The notes under the pieces were generated by a model. That model saw only the letters and a list, made by a program, of their open reading frames with translations, searched no databases and was not told the DNA's origin. Below, piece after piece: positions 38,092 through 48,436 of a DNA stretch of 64,000 bases. Numbering within the stretch: position 1 is the first letter of the stretch; every line of letters begins with the position of its first letter. A program made the position numbers and the translations under genes. Source of the DNA: a virus; IMG/VR virus record IMGVR_UViG_3300008267_000025, positions 1-64,000 of that record; one strand, written 5' to 3'.

Positions 38092-38628
38092 ATGGAAAAT
38101 AATTTTAACCAAGAATTAAATAAAATAAATTATCTTTTTAACTATTCTAGAGGACTTGTTATTAGTGAACAAGTAACTACGTCAGGTAACACATCAGGCG
38201 GAACTACTTCAACCGGTAGTACCGTTACGGATAAAGAAGTTACACGTTTATGTTCCGATTATAAATCAACTGATTTAGGGTTAACCAAATCAATAACCGT
38301 TAATGGTTATGATATATATAACGATAAAAATGGTAAACCATTTTGTAAGAAAAAAATAGAACCGATTACCGAAGAGTCTGATATTGAACCTGTTAATCAG
38401 GGATTTAAAGTAGAACCTAACGTCAGATTTCAACCCAGAGAGAAAGAAATACAAGGGATATTTGGTAAATATGATGAAATAATACCTAATGATATTTTAC
38501 GTTATATGAGGAAGAATCCTCAGTTAGTTATGAATAGATTAGCTAAAATCTATGGTGAAAAATTTTTAGATTACGCTGAAAAAGCATATGTTAAAGTAAA
38601 TTGGAAAGATGAAAATAATATTGACTGA
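38092..38628 (+). CDS. leader-bearing hypothetical protein
   Basis: MENNFNQELNKINYLFNYSRGLVISEQ. Confidence 0.75.
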   Translation: MENNFNQELNKINYLFNYSRGLVISEQVTTSGNTSGGTTSTGSTVTDKEVTRLCSDYKSTDLGLTKSITVNGYDIYNDKNGKPFCKKKIEPITEESDIEPVNQGFKVEPNVRFQPREKEIQGIFGKYDEIIPNDILRYMRKNPQLVMNRLAKIYGEKFLDYAEKAYVKVNWKDENNID

Positions 38629-39085
38629 AACACAATATAATCGTTTACGTCAAACGATTGATGACTTATATGATAAGTTGAATCGTGGTGAAAAATTAAC
38701 ACCATATGATGAAATTAAATTTAAACGATTTTCAAAACATATTGAGAGAGGTGGTGATGAATCAGATTTTACTAATGATGAAATGGATTCAAACCCAAAT
38801 GAAGGGATGGTGTTCAATTATGAATTAAATGGTAAAACATTTAAATTCGTATTTTCAGAAATAATAACAAATGAAAATGATATTGAACTTTCAGGTGAAA
38901 TATTATATGATGGCGATAAATACCATGGTGTTATTGTAGTTGATAAATCAGGTTATTTAACAGATTTTGATTTTTATAATATCGATAATGTTGATAGTAA
39001 ATTACAAGACATTTTAAAAAATGATAAAACTTATTATGAAATTGAGAATTTCATAATTGAAGAAATTGTACCTAAACTATTATGA
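38609..39085 (+). CDS. leader-bearing hypothetical protein
   Basis: MKIILTETQYNRL. Confidence 0.75.
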   Translation: MKIILTETQYNRLRQTIDDLYDKLNRGEKLTPYDEIKFKRFSKHIERGGDESDFTNDEMDSNPNEGMVFNYELNGKTFKFVFSEIITNENDIELSGEILYDGDKYHGVIVVDKSGYLTDFDFYNIDNVDSKLQDILKNDKTYYEIENFIIEEIVPKLL

Positions 39086-40125
39086 ATACATCTGAAAAAT
39101 TAAAAAAATTAATAAATTCTTTAGGAATTCTAAATACAATACAACAATTTGGGGGATTTGATGAAGCCATTAAAATATTTTCTCGTTTTCCTGAATTAAA
39201 ACCATTGATTGATGAGAAATTAGGTGGTAAATCGTATTTTAATATAATACCTGACAGTACGGGTGTTATTCGGTCATTTTTTAATTTTATAATACGTGAT
39301 ATCGATATTGATTATGAGGATTTCATTACATTAAACGTTGATTTTTTAATTGACTTCAACAATTTATCAGAAGATGAAATTCAATTGTTGAAAGATTGGG
39401 TATATACACTTTGTTTAGACCTTGATTTTTATTATATAAAAACTAATGATAAACATTTTGAAGAAGGTCATGTTTCATTATATCCATATAGTTTTAATGG
39501 CGTTAAGTATAAACAAAATAGACTTAAAACTTACGATAATGATGAAAAAATATATAATATATTAACTAAGACAGGATTTTTTAATAAAAATATTAACGAA
39601 TCGATTCAATTTTTAAAAGAAAGTTCCATTTATAAAAAAGGTTATAGTCTTTCTCCAAGTTCTTGGTTGAAATCGTTTATAAAAACTGAGGAAGGCGATT
39701 CAGTTAATAAAGGTCAACCGATGTTAAATGCGTATGAAATTGCCGGTGATTTAACTATTGGATATGGTCACACAACAGGTGATGTTTTACCAACTGTCAC
39801 GTCAGGTATGAAAATAACTAAAAATCAAGCTGAAACAATATTAAATAATGATTTAAGTTATTCTGCGAATTGTGTTAGACGTATTTTTAAAGAATGGGAA
39901 GATAATGGAATTAATGTACCAATAACTCAAAATATGTTTGATGTGTTAGTATCATTAACATTTAATGCTGGATGTGGGTCGGTTAGAACTTCCGCCTTTA
40001 TTAAATCATTAAAACGAAAAAAATATAAAACAGCAGCTGAACAAATTAAAACATTTAATGTTAAATCAGGTTATAAAGGTCTAATTAATAGAAGACAACA
40101 AGAATCTGAAAAATTTATCTCTTAA
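39082..40125 (+). CDS. protein with C-terminal GH24 lysozyme domain
   Basis: IKTEEG, TIGYGHT, QNMFDVLVSLTFNAG, GLINRRQQE. Confidence 0.85.
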   Translation: MNTSEKLKKLINSLGILNTIQQFGGFDEAIKIFSRFPELKPLIDEKLGGKSYFNIIPDSTGVIRSFFNFIIRDIDIDYEDFITLNVDFLIDFNNLSEDEIQLLKDWVYTLCLDLDFYYIKTNDKHFEEGHVSLYPYSFNGVKYKQNRLKTYDNDEKIYNILTKTGFFNKNINESIQFLKESSIYKKGYSLSPSSWLKSFIKTEEGDSVNKGQPMLNAYEIAGDLTIGYGHTTGDVLPTVTSGMKITKNQAETILNNDLSYSANCVRRIFKEWEDNGINVPITQNMFDVLVSLTFNAGCGSVRTSAFIKSLKRKKYKTAAEQIKTFNVKSGYKGLINRRQQESEKFIS

Positions 40126-40153
40126 TTTAATAAAAAATGTTTAAATTTGTATT

Positions 40154-40462
40154 ATGAAATACGATACACATAATCAAATACAAATAAATTCAGATGGTAC
40201 TTCACATAAATGTGATATTATCACAAATTATAATAATTTAGTAAAATTGTTTGGTGAACCTTTAAAAGGTAGTTCTGATGGTAAAACAGATGCCGAATGG
40301 GTTATTAAGTTAGAAAATGGTGATATTTTTACCATTTATAACTGGAAAAACGGTAAAAATTATGGTAATTCAGATATATCAAGTATAAATGAATGGACTA
40401 TAGGGGGGTATAAAAATACCTCACTTACTGTGATTGAAAAACTTATAAATGACTCTAACTGA
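40154..40462 (+). CDS. hypothetical phage protein
   Basis: LFGEP..DGKTDAEW...TIYNWK...WTIGG. Confidence 0.75.
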   Translation: MKYDTHNQIQINSDGTSHKCDIITNYNNLVKLFGEPLKGSSDGKTDAEWVIKLENGDIFTIYNWKNGKNYGNSDISSINEWTIGGYKNTSLTVIEKLINDSN

Positions 40463-40709
40463 AAAATATAAACATTTAGATGTATTTAAACCATACGTGG
40501 TTTTTTTCTTAAACAGCGTTTATAACAAAAAAGGTGAACCAATAATTATTGATTATATGGAAGGATTTCTACCACCTAAAGAACATGAAGAGTTTAGAAA
40601 AAAAATTTTATCACAACATAAATCTATGATAAATTTTAATCATACGTTAATCGAATTGTGTAAAACAAATATTGAAATTTTCAATTTGTTCTATAACGAA
40701 AAAAAATAA
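40449..40709 (+). CDS. hypothetical protein
   Basis: ORF track. Confidence 0.6.
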   Translation: MTLTEKYKHLDVFKPYVVFFLNSVYNKKGEPIIIDYMEGFLPPKEHEEFRKKILSQHKSMINFNHTLIELCKTNIEIFNLFYNEKK

Positions 40710-40758
40710 TCGTTTATACACTTATATGATTTCATAATATTTATAATAAAAAAATATT

Positions 40759-41013
40759 ATGAAAAAAACTTCTACTGTAATTTATTTTCTAGTGACAACA
40801 ATTGGTGTATTTTTATATTGGTCTAATGTTAGATTTTGGCTTTTAGATGATGTTGATTTATTTCCAATTATAATGGGTGGTATAGCCGCTAATGGCGCAT
40901 TTATCGCTAACATTGTATTAACCATAATTGAACAAAATGAGATTTATAAATCCAAAAATAATAATGAAGATATGTGGTTAGTTAAAAACTTTAAAAGTAT
41001 TTTTAAAAAATAA
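40759..41013 (+). CDS. two-TM membrane protein
   Basis: two hydrophobic segments. Confidence 0.65.
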   Translation: MKKTSTVIYFLVTTIGVFLYWSNVRFWLLDDVDLFPIIMGGIAANGAFIANIVLTIIEQNEIYKSKNNNEDMWLVKNFKSIFKK

Positions 41014-41016
41014 TTA

Positions 41017-41397
41017 ATGTTTATAATAGGTTTAATATTGGTCTTATTATCAGGAATTGCTGAAGCGATTATGGATAAAATCCAATTTCATTTTGATAAA
41101 TCAATTTTTGTAAATTACAATCAAGACTTTTGGAATCCTACTTTATCTTGGAAAAATAAATGGAGGTCGGATTTGAAAACTGAGAAATTTATATGGTCAT
41201 CCAGTTTATTTGTTTTCGTAACAGACGGTTGGCATTTGTCTAAATTTTTTAGAAATCTATTTTTATTTGTCGGTATACCAATCGTCTGTTACTACTCAGA
41301 TAATATTATATTAAGTTGTATTATTTGTAGAATATGTTTCGGTATTAGTTTCACATTTTTTTTTAATGTGATTTTTAAGCGAAGTCATCAACATTAA
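41017..41397 (+). CDS. membrane protein
   Basis: hydrophobic; MDKIQFH, WKNKW, TDGWH. Confidence 0.7.
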   Translation: MFIIGLILVLLSGIAEAIMDKIQFHFDKSIFVNYNQDFWNPTLSWKNKWRSDLKTEKFIWSSSLFVFVTDGWHLSKFFRNLFLFVGIPIVCYYSDNIILSCIICRICFGISFTFFFNVIFKRSHQH

Positions 41398-42178
41398 ATG
41401 ATTTTGAAGCCGCTATTGCTTCATCACTACTAAACTTACTTTTACCGCCGGCGTTAATATTTGCGAAATATTCGGCAGCTTCTTCCTTAGAATTAAATTT
41501 AGGTAGGCTTGAAGCTGGTTTATCATTAGTTAAAAACTTAATAGCTATTTTTGCTGAAATTTCAGGTTTATTTACTAATTCAGGATTTGATATTAAATCA
41601 ACCCCTATCATATCTCCGTATTTTTTATAATTACCTCTACCTGTTAAACCATTCAAACCTCTTCCAATATATTTCCAACCATCACCAGGTTCGGTATTAC
41701 CTAAACGAATACCTGAATCTTTACCATAAACAGTTTCAAAAAATAATTTATCATCTTTTTTAATTGCTGTTAATTCTTCATCTGAAAATTTAGAAACACG
41801 ATTACCAAAAATACTTCTAATTCTTGAATTACTTGTATTAGAGTATGAAATTTCATTTTGAGGTTTAAAACCACTTTCTTTTTTAATGACTGATAAAATA
41901 CCAATTTGTTGTAATGGGTCTTTAATACCTTCATTCTTCATTTCATCTACAATATATTTAATCATTTCTTTTTCATTAGCGTTAAATGAACCAGTATTAA
42001 AATCGGTATCAATTTGAGATGGTTTATCTTTTAAGTGTTTTTTAGCAGAATCTATCACATTTTGTAAAAAATCAGTTTTATTTAAAACGATATCAGATAA
42101 TGAATCTGATTCATTTAAATTATACATACGTTTAATCTCATTTTTTTCAGACTCAGTTATTATTAATTTTTTTTTCAT
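41375..42178 (-). CDS. leader-bearing GH19 glycoside hydrolase (chitinase/endolysin-like)
   Basis: KESGF, GDGWKYIGRG...LTGRGNY. Confidence 0.85.
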   Translation of the reverse strand: MKKKLIITESEKNEIKRMYNLNESDSLSDIVLNKTDFLQNVIDSAKKHLKDKPSQIDTDFNTGSFNANEKEMIKYIVDEMKNEGIKDPLQQIGILSVIKKESGFKPQNEISYSNTSNSRIRSIFGNRVSKFSDEELTAIKKDDKLFFETVYGKDSGIRLGNTEPGDGWKYIGRGLNGLTGRGNYKKYGDMIGVDLISNPELVNKPEISAKIAIKFLTNDKPASSLPKFNSKEEAAEYFANINAGGKSKFSSDEAIAASKSFNVDDFA

Positions 42179-42213
42179 GGGTAAAAATGTTTAATTATAA
42201 ATATTTATAACTT

Positions 42214-42600
42214 ATGAAAGTTATTGTAAAACACCGTAATTCAGGTATAGATAAAAACAGATATGATTTATATAACACATATATTAAATTTTTATATGAA
42301 GAATTACCATTGATTGATAATCTTTTAGTTGAATTTGTTGGTGAAAGAGTTGGTAATATGACAACAGGGTCGAGACAACCCAACTATATTACTGTTTTAA
42401 GTAAAGATAGAATGACTCGTGATATTTTACGTACATTATCACATGAATGGGTGCATGAATATCAAATAGGGGTTTTAGGTCGAGAAATAGGTCCTGATAT
42501 TGGAGGTCAAAATGAAGATGAGGCAAATTCAATAGCGGGTCAATTGATTAAAATCTTTGAGAAAAAATACCCTAACTACAAAGAATCAATGTTTGAATAA
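42214..42600 (+). CDS. HEXXH zincin-like protein
   Basis: ILRTLSHEWVHEYQ...NEDEAN. Confidence 0.7.
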   Translation: MKVIVKHRNSGIDKNRYDLYNTYIKFLYEELPLIDNLLVEFVGERVGNMTTGSRQPNYITVLSKDRMTRDILRTLSHEWVHEYQIGVLGREIGPDIGGQNEDEANSIAGQLIKIFEKKYPNYKESMFE

Positions 42601-42646
42601 AAAAATCCCAACCGTGGCTGGGATTTCTCAGACAAAAAAAAACACA

Positions 42647-43084
42647 TTAATTGTTTTCTACCACTTCAAGTACTTCCAACTCAAAGATTAATTTTTTACC
42701 GGCTAATGGATGATTCGCATCAACAACAACGGTAGTTTCTTTCACATCAGTAACTCTAACATTAATTGGAGTTCCGTTAGGTGCTATAGCTTGTAAAGTT
42801 TCACCCACTTTAACATTTTCAGGTACATGGTCAATAGGAACTTCAGAAATTAATCTTTCATTTAATTCGCCGTAAGCGTTTTCAGGAGAAATTTCAATAG
42901 TCTTTTTTTCACCTACTGACATTTCAAATAAACCTGTTTCAAAACCATTAATTAATTTACCTTCACCCAATTTAGCAGTTAATGGTTCACGACCTTCAGT
43001 TAATGAAGTGTCAAAAATTGTACCGTCTTCTAATTTTCCTGTGTAGTGTACTTTTACTGTATCACCATTTGTAATTTTTCTCAT
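42647..43084 (-). CDS. slyD: FKBP-type peptidyl-prolyl isomerase (SlyD-like)
   Basis: VKVHYTGKLEDGTIFDTS, PENAYG, VDANHPLAGKKL.F. Confidence 0.9.
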   Translation of the reverse strand: MRKITNGDTVKVHYTGKLEDGTIFDTSLTEGREPLTAKLGEGKLINGFETGLFEMSVGEKKTIEISPENAYGELNERLISEVPIDHVPENVKVGETLQAIAPNGTPINVRVTDVKETTVVVDANHPLAGKKLIFELEVLEVVENN

Positions 43085-43138
43085 ATATTATGTTTTTATA
43101 CTTAAATTATAAGTTATTCTTTATTAAGAATCAAATAA

Positions 43139-43420
43139 TTATTCATTATTTATTGTAAGTAATATAGAAATTTCTTTATCTCTATAACCTGAATAAACCC
43201 AACTTTCGGTAACCAAATAATTAATACCTTCTTGTATTAATAAATCTTCGTCATTATAATCTTGGATATCACCAATAGTTAAAGTACAATCCAATACATA
43301 AGATTTACTATTTGTGGAGTATATTACGTTATTGATTTTAACTGACGCGCCAGTACCGTATAAAAGTTCTAATTGGTGTTTAAAAACTTTATTTAATAGA
43401 ACATCAAAAAATTTTTTCAT
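43139..43420 (-). CDS. hypothetical protein
   Basis: ORF track. Confidence 0.7.
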   Translation of the reverse strand: MKKFFDVLLNKVFKHQLELLYGTGASVKINNVIYSTNSKSYVLDCTLTIGDIQDYNDEDLLIQEGINYLVTESWVYSGYRDKEISILLTINNE

Positions 43421-43475
43421 AACCTAAGTTTAATTTAAATAAAAAATAGTATATTTGTAGTAAATAAAAAATATT

Positions 43476-43709
43476 ATGGATATTATAAAATTTGAAAAAG
43501 AGTTTAATTGGGTTATTAAGGTGTTAGAGTCTTGTGAAAAAGATGAACAGGTCTTAATATCAAGAAATTTATTCGACATTTTGATGAATAGATGGTCGGC
43601 ACATTTAAGTAAAGAAAGGATAATAAGTTTTAGCTCATTATTTTCAAAATTAGAAAAACATCAATTAAATTCTATTGGTAAAAAAATGTTAGACTATATG
43701 ACAATTTAA
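43476..43709 (+). CDS. hypothetical protein
   Basis: ORF track; TATATTTG upstream. Confidence 0.7.
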   Translation: MDIIKFEKEFNWVIKVLESCEKDEQVLISRNLFDILMNRWSAHLSKERIISFSSLFSKLEKHQLNSIGKKMLDYMTI

Positions 43710-43712
43710 ATT

Positions 43713-44309
43713 ATGGAAGATTATAAAACAAACATATTAGAAAAAGTAAGACTTTGGTGGAAGTTTGATGGTAAATACTATCACAAAGACTTTATTCATG
43801 GAGTAAAAAACTTCATTAGATGGGCTCCAACTATTTGGAAAGACAGAGATTACGGTCAATCCTATATCTATGATATACTAAGTAAGAAACTAGAATTTCA
43901 GTCTGAGTATATTGGTAGACGTAATTACCACACAAGAGCTAAACGAGATGCTGAAGTGATGATGTTGGTTACTCGTTTAATTAAAAAGTCTAGGGATGAA
44001 GAGTATGGTATGGAATATATGGATTATCAAGAATCCAGTATTGATTTTGTAGAGATTGATAAAACATACGAAGGTGAAAAATTATATAAGTTGGTTTCAA
44101 ACGAAAAGTCTGAAAGATACGATGAATACTTTAAGAAGTATCCTAGACAATACAAAAGAGTGTTGAGTGGAGAAGTTAATAGGTTTCGTAGAGATGAGAA
44201 AAAGGAAAAGCAACTGATTGCCATGGAGATTGCTCAAGAAAATGAAGAAAGGTGTAGAAAACTATTATTCAAAATAATGGAAGAAAATATCGAGAGATGG
44301 TGGGATTAA
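43713..44309 (+). CDS. hypothetical phage protein
   Basis: WAPTIWKDRD...IERWWD. Confidence 0.75.
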   Translation: MEDYKTNILEKVRLWWKFDGKYYHKDFIHGVKNFIRWAPTIWKDRDYGQSYIYDILSKKLEFQSEYIGRRNYHTRAKRDAEVMMLVTRLIKKSRDEEYGMEYMDYQESSIDFVEIDKTYEGEKLYKLVSNEKSERYDEYFKKYPRQYKRVLSGEVNRFRRDEKKEKQLIAMEIAQENEERCRKLLFKIMEENIERWWD

Positions 44310-44351
44310 TTAAAAAAAAACATTATATTTGTACTATAAATAATATAATAC

Positions 44352-45041
44352 ATGAAAATATCTTTAATATCTGACACACATACAAAACATAAAAGTTATA
44401 CTTATGATTTACCCGGTGGTGATTTATTAATTCATGCTGGTGATATCTCATCAATGGGGTATGAACATGAAATAACTAATTTCTGTAAATGGTATGATTC
44501 ATTAGATGGTTATACTCATAAACTATTCATAGCTGGAAATCACGATTGGGGATTTCAAAATAATGTTGAGAAAGTTAATAAAATTTTGGATGTATATAAA
44601 GGTGTAAAATACATTCAAGACGAAACTATTGGTGTACAGGTAGATGGGAATCCATTAGTTAATGTTTATGGTTCACCATGGCAACCTGAATTTTATAATT
44701 GGGCGTTTAATTTACCTAAAAATGGGGTTGAGTTGTTTAATAAATGGGAAAATATTCCTCAAAATACCGATATCTTAGTCACTCACGGTCCTGCATTTGG
44801 ATATTTAGATGATGTTGAAGGGAATCGAGGTGTTCATTTAGGGTGTGAGTTATTAACTAATCGAATTAAAACGATTAAACCTAAAATCCATGTTTGTGGT
44901 CATATTCATACCGGACATGGTTATTATTTTGATGGTGATACACATTTCTTTAATGCGTCAGTGTTAGATGAACAATATAAAGACACTCAATTCCCATTCA
45001 TTTTTGAATGGAATCCGGTAACTAATGAAATTAATTTTTAA
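44352..45041 (+). CDS. calcineurin-like metallophosphoesterase
   Basis: SDTH, HAGD, AGNHD, THGP, CGHIH; paralogue of 5103. Confidence 0.9.
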   Translation: MKISLISDTHTKHKSYTYDLPGGDLLIHAGDISSMGYEHEITNFCKWYDSLDGYTHKLFIAGNHDWGFQNNVEKVNKILDVYKGVKYIQDETIGVQVDGNPLVNVYGSPWQPEFYNWAFNLPKNGVELFNKWENIPQNTDILVTHGPAFGYLDDVEGNRGVHLGCELLTNRIKTIKPKIHVCGHIHTGHGYYFDGDTHFFNASVLDEQYKDTQFPFIFEWNPVTNEINF

Positions 45042-45257
45042 AGTTATGTTTAAAAAAATTAAAAAATGGTTTGACCTTAAATTTGGTTGGTTTTTTATAA
45101 ATGGTAGAAAACAAAATAAATGGATTGAGGTATTAAAAGACACCTACTCTGACGATAATAAAAGTCAAGAAATGTAATTACAATAACAACAAAGTAAACC
45201 CTTAAATTTAATTATTTAAGGGTTTTTTATTTTTAAGATATTTATAGTAAAACTATT

Positions 45258-47021
45258 ATGCCAATTTTTAGTAAAACTTCAAAATATTGTTTTTACATAA
45301 CAGTTATGATTATGTTTATTTTTTTGGGTATCAAAACATTGGTGGTATTTGAATTAATACATTTTTCATCTAAAATTAAATGGGTGGAATTTTTTTGTAT
45401 TTCATTCTTTGTACCATTTTTTCTTATATTAATGAGAGAATATTATAATAAGAATAAAGAGTCTGTTAAGTTAAATCAATATTCAAAGTTATTAAATGAA
45501 ACATTAATTAGATTGACCCATCATAATTTATTTTACGATGGAAAATTAGTTGAGGGCGGGAAATTACTAACTAAAGAAGTTACTAAAACATTATCAGTTG
45601 ATAGATGTTCTATATGGTTATATAACGATAAAAATACCTCTATAATATGTTCTCAATTATATGATATAACAACTAATACATGGAGTAATGGGTTTGAATT
45701 ATATGAGAAGGATTATAAACCTTACTTCGATGATTTAAGAAAAAATGGGATAATATCGGCTAATGATGTTACTACTCATCCGGCAACTATCTGTTTCAAC
45801 GAAACGTACACAAATCCGTTAGGGATTAAATCAATTTTAGACGTTCCTATCATTTATAAGGGAACTATGATAGGTGTTATATGTATTGAAAGTTTGAAAT
45901 TAAGAGAATGGAATAAAATCGAAATAAATTTCACCGAAATGTTATCATCATTATTTTCATTTACGTATTCAGTTAAAGAAACTAATGATATTAAAAATGA
46001 ACTATCTGAATTTGAGAATTTTGTCAATAAGTCAGTATTAGTAAGTAAAACCGATAAAAGAGGTAGAATTACATATGTTAACGATAAGTTCCAAGAAGTC
46101 TCAGGATATAGTTTTGAAGAAACTATTGGTAAAGACCATAATATTATTAATTCAGGTGTACACACTTCTAAATTTTGGAAAAATATGTATAAAACCGTTA
46201 AAAACGGTGAGATTTGGAATGATTTAGTAACTAATAAACGTAAAAATGGTGAATTATATTGGGTTGATACCTATATCAAAGGTGTATTTAAAAACAATCG
46301 TTTAATTGGGTATTTGTCAATTAGACAAGATGTTACTGATTTATATAAAAATATTAATGAGATTAGTAAAAAGAACACCTATTTAGAACACGCCTCGAAG
46401 ATTTTAAGACACGATATGCACTCAGGTATAAACACATATATCCCAAGAGGTTTAAGTTCGTTAGAACGAAGATTATCCCCCGAAGATATAGAAAGATTAA
46501 AACTTGAGATTCCAATAAGATTGTTAAAAGAAGGGTTAAAACATACTCAAAAAGTTTATAAAGGTGTCTACGAATTTACTAATTTAGTAAAACATGATTC
46601 TGATTTATCTAAAGAAAAATTTAATCTAAAGGAAATCCTAACATCTTTTTTATCATCCACCGCTTATTCAAGTCAGGTATCTATTGGTACATTACCTACT
46701 ATTGAAGTTAATGAATCTTTATTTTGTACGGCAATAGATAACTTAATTCGTAATGGTTTACGATATAATGATTCTGAAAGTAAAATCGTTAAAATATATA
46801 TGGATGACGATAATCATTTAACTATTCAAGATAATGGTCGAGGTATGACACAAGAAGAATTTGAAATATACTCAAAACCGTATAATAGAAAACCAAATCA
46901 AAAGGAATCCGGTACAGGTTTAGGTTTAAACATATGTATAGCAATTTTAAATGAACATGGGTTTACCATTACTTGTGAAAAAAATGAAATTGGAACTAAA
47001 TTAAAAATTAAAATAAAATAA
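45258..47021 (+). CDS. membrane sensor histidine kinase (2TM-GAF-PAS-HisKA-HATPase)
   Basis: GAF DRCSIWL/ILDVPI; PAS ITYVND.F...SGY, NKRKNGELYWVD; H-box LRHDM; NLIRNG, DNGRGM, GTGLGL. Confidence 0.9.
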   Translation: MPIFSKTSKYCFYITVMIMFIFLGIKTLVVFELIHFSSKIKWVEFFCISFFVPFFLILMREYYNKNKESVKLNQYSKLLNETLIRLTHHNLFYDGKLVEGGKLLTKEVTKTLSVDRCSIWLYNDKNTSIICSQLYDITTNTWSNGFELYEKDYKPYFDDLRKNGIISANDVTTHPATICFNETYTNPLGIKSILDVPIIYKGTMIGVICIESLKLREWNKIEINFTEMLSSLFSFTYSVKETNDIKNELSEFENFVNKSVLVSKTDKRGRITYVNDKFQEVSGYSFEETIGKDHNIINSGVHTSKFWKNMYKTVKNGEIWNDLVTNKRKNGELYWVDTYIKGVFKNNRLIGYLSIRQDVTDLYKNINEISKKNTYLEHASKILRHDMHSGINTYIPRGLSSLERRLSPEDIERLKLEIPIRLLKEGLKHTQKVYKGVYEFTNLVKHDSDLSKEKFNLKEILTSFLSSTAYSSQVSIGTLPTIEVNESLFCTAIDNLIRNGLRYNDSESKIVKIYMDDDNHLTIQDNGRGMTQEEFEIYSKPYNRKPNQKESGTGLGLNICIAILNEHGFTITCEKNEIGTKLKIKIK

Positions 47022-47022
47022 T

Positions 47023-47997
47023 ATGAATAAAAAATTTAGAGTACTATCAATTGATGGTGGAGGATTAAGAGGTATTGTACCATTAATGATACTGAAAAGA
47101 ATTGAAGAAATGTCAGGTAAACAAATATACGAATTATTTGACTTGATAGTTGGTACATCAACAGGAGGAATAATAGCATGTGGTTTAACAGCTACTAAAG
47201 ATGGTGAAACACCTTTTTTAAGGGTTGATAAATTAATTGAATTATACACAACAAAAGGTAAAAATATTTTCCCTAAGAAAGAAAACTTATTAACTAAGTT
47301 TAATTCATTAATTAATCCTAAATTTAGTGATAAAGGTTTGGATAAAGAATTAAAAGAATATTTTGAAGATATAACATTAAGTCAGACTTTGAAACCGATT
47401 ATTGTAACATCATACGATATCAATAATAATGAACCTTTAATTTTTAAAAGTAGGAAATCAGTTGAAGTAGGTTATGATATAAAGTTAAAGGATGTATGTC
47501 GAGCAACATCAGCAGCACCAACTTATTTACCATCATATGAGTTAAATTATGCCGGTAAAAAAAGAATTTGTATTGATGGTGGCGTTTATGTTAACAATCC
47601 TGTTATGGTTGCTATTTCAGATATTATCAGAAATAAATACGGAGTTGAAGGTATTCAATTAAGTGATATAACTGTTTTGTCATTAGGTACAGGTGTATAT
47701 ACAGAAAATTTAGGAATTAAAAAAACACCTAGCTGGGGATTACTTAACTGGGCCAAGCCAATAACTGATTTAATGATGCAAGCCGTTTCAAAATCAGTTC
47801 ATTATGAATGTAATGAATTATTGAATAACTATTTAAGACTTCAAATAGATATTGATAAAAAAGAAATGAGCGATATGGCAGATTCTAGTCTAGAAACAAA
47901 TATTTATATAAAAGAAAAAGTAAATAGTAAAATATTAAATAATCCAGAAGAAATGTATAAATTACAAGAATTCTTCAAACAAAATATACAAAATTAA
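47023..47997 (+). CDS. patatin-like phospholipase
   Basis: DGGGLRG, GTSTGG, ATSAAPTY, DGGVYVNNP. Confidence 0.9.
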   Translation: MNKKFRVLSIDGGGLRGIVPLMILKRIEEMSGKQIYELFDLIVGTSTGGIIACGLTATKDGETPFLRVDKLIELYTTKGKNIFPKKENLLTKFNSLINPKFSDKGLDKELKEYFEDITLSQTLKPIIVTSYDINNNEPLIFKSRKSVEVGYDIKLKDVCRATSAAPTYLPSYELNYAGKKRICIDGGVYVNNPVMVAISDIIRNKYGVEGIQLSDITVLSLGTGVYTENLGIKKTPSWGLLNWAKPITDLMMQAVSKSVHYECNELLNNYLRLQIDIDKKEMSDMADSSLETNIYIKEKVNSKILNNPEEMYKLQEFFKQNIQN

Positions 47998-47998
47998 T

Positions 47999-48436
47999 AT
48001 GATAGAATCAATATTATTAGTGGATGATGAAGATTTATTCCATTTGGTTTTTGAAGACGCATGTTCTTTATTAGACATTAGTTTATCTCTAAAATCAGTT
48101 AAAAGTGCAGATGAAGCTGCCAAAATGTTCAAAAAATGGTTTGAATCCGGTAATAAAAAAGAAAAACCTGAATGTGTATTCGTTGATTTAAACATCATAG
48201 GTTCATCATTTGATGGCATAGAATTAGTTAGAAAAATTAATTTTGAATATGGTAATCATGTTATTATCGGTATAATTTCTTCCTCCAACGAATCATCTGA
48301 ACAACATAAAGCTCTTGATGCCGGTGCACAATTTTGGTTAGTTAAATCAGATGAAATTGAGCCGAGATTAGAAGAATTTAAAAAAGATTATCCTGGTTAT
48401 AAAAATAAAACGTTACCATTTAAAGTTTACAAATGA
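47999..48436 (+). CDS. single-domain response regulator (receiver only)
   Basis: LLVDDE, FVDLN, ISSS, LVKS. Confidence 0.9.
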   Translation: MIESILLVDDEDLFHLVFEDACSLLDISLSLKSVKSADEAAKMFKKWFESGNKKEKPECVFVDLNIIGSSFDGIELVRKINFEYGNHVIIGIISSSNESSEQHKALDAGAQFWLVKSDEIEPRLEEFKKDYPGYKNKTLPFKVYK

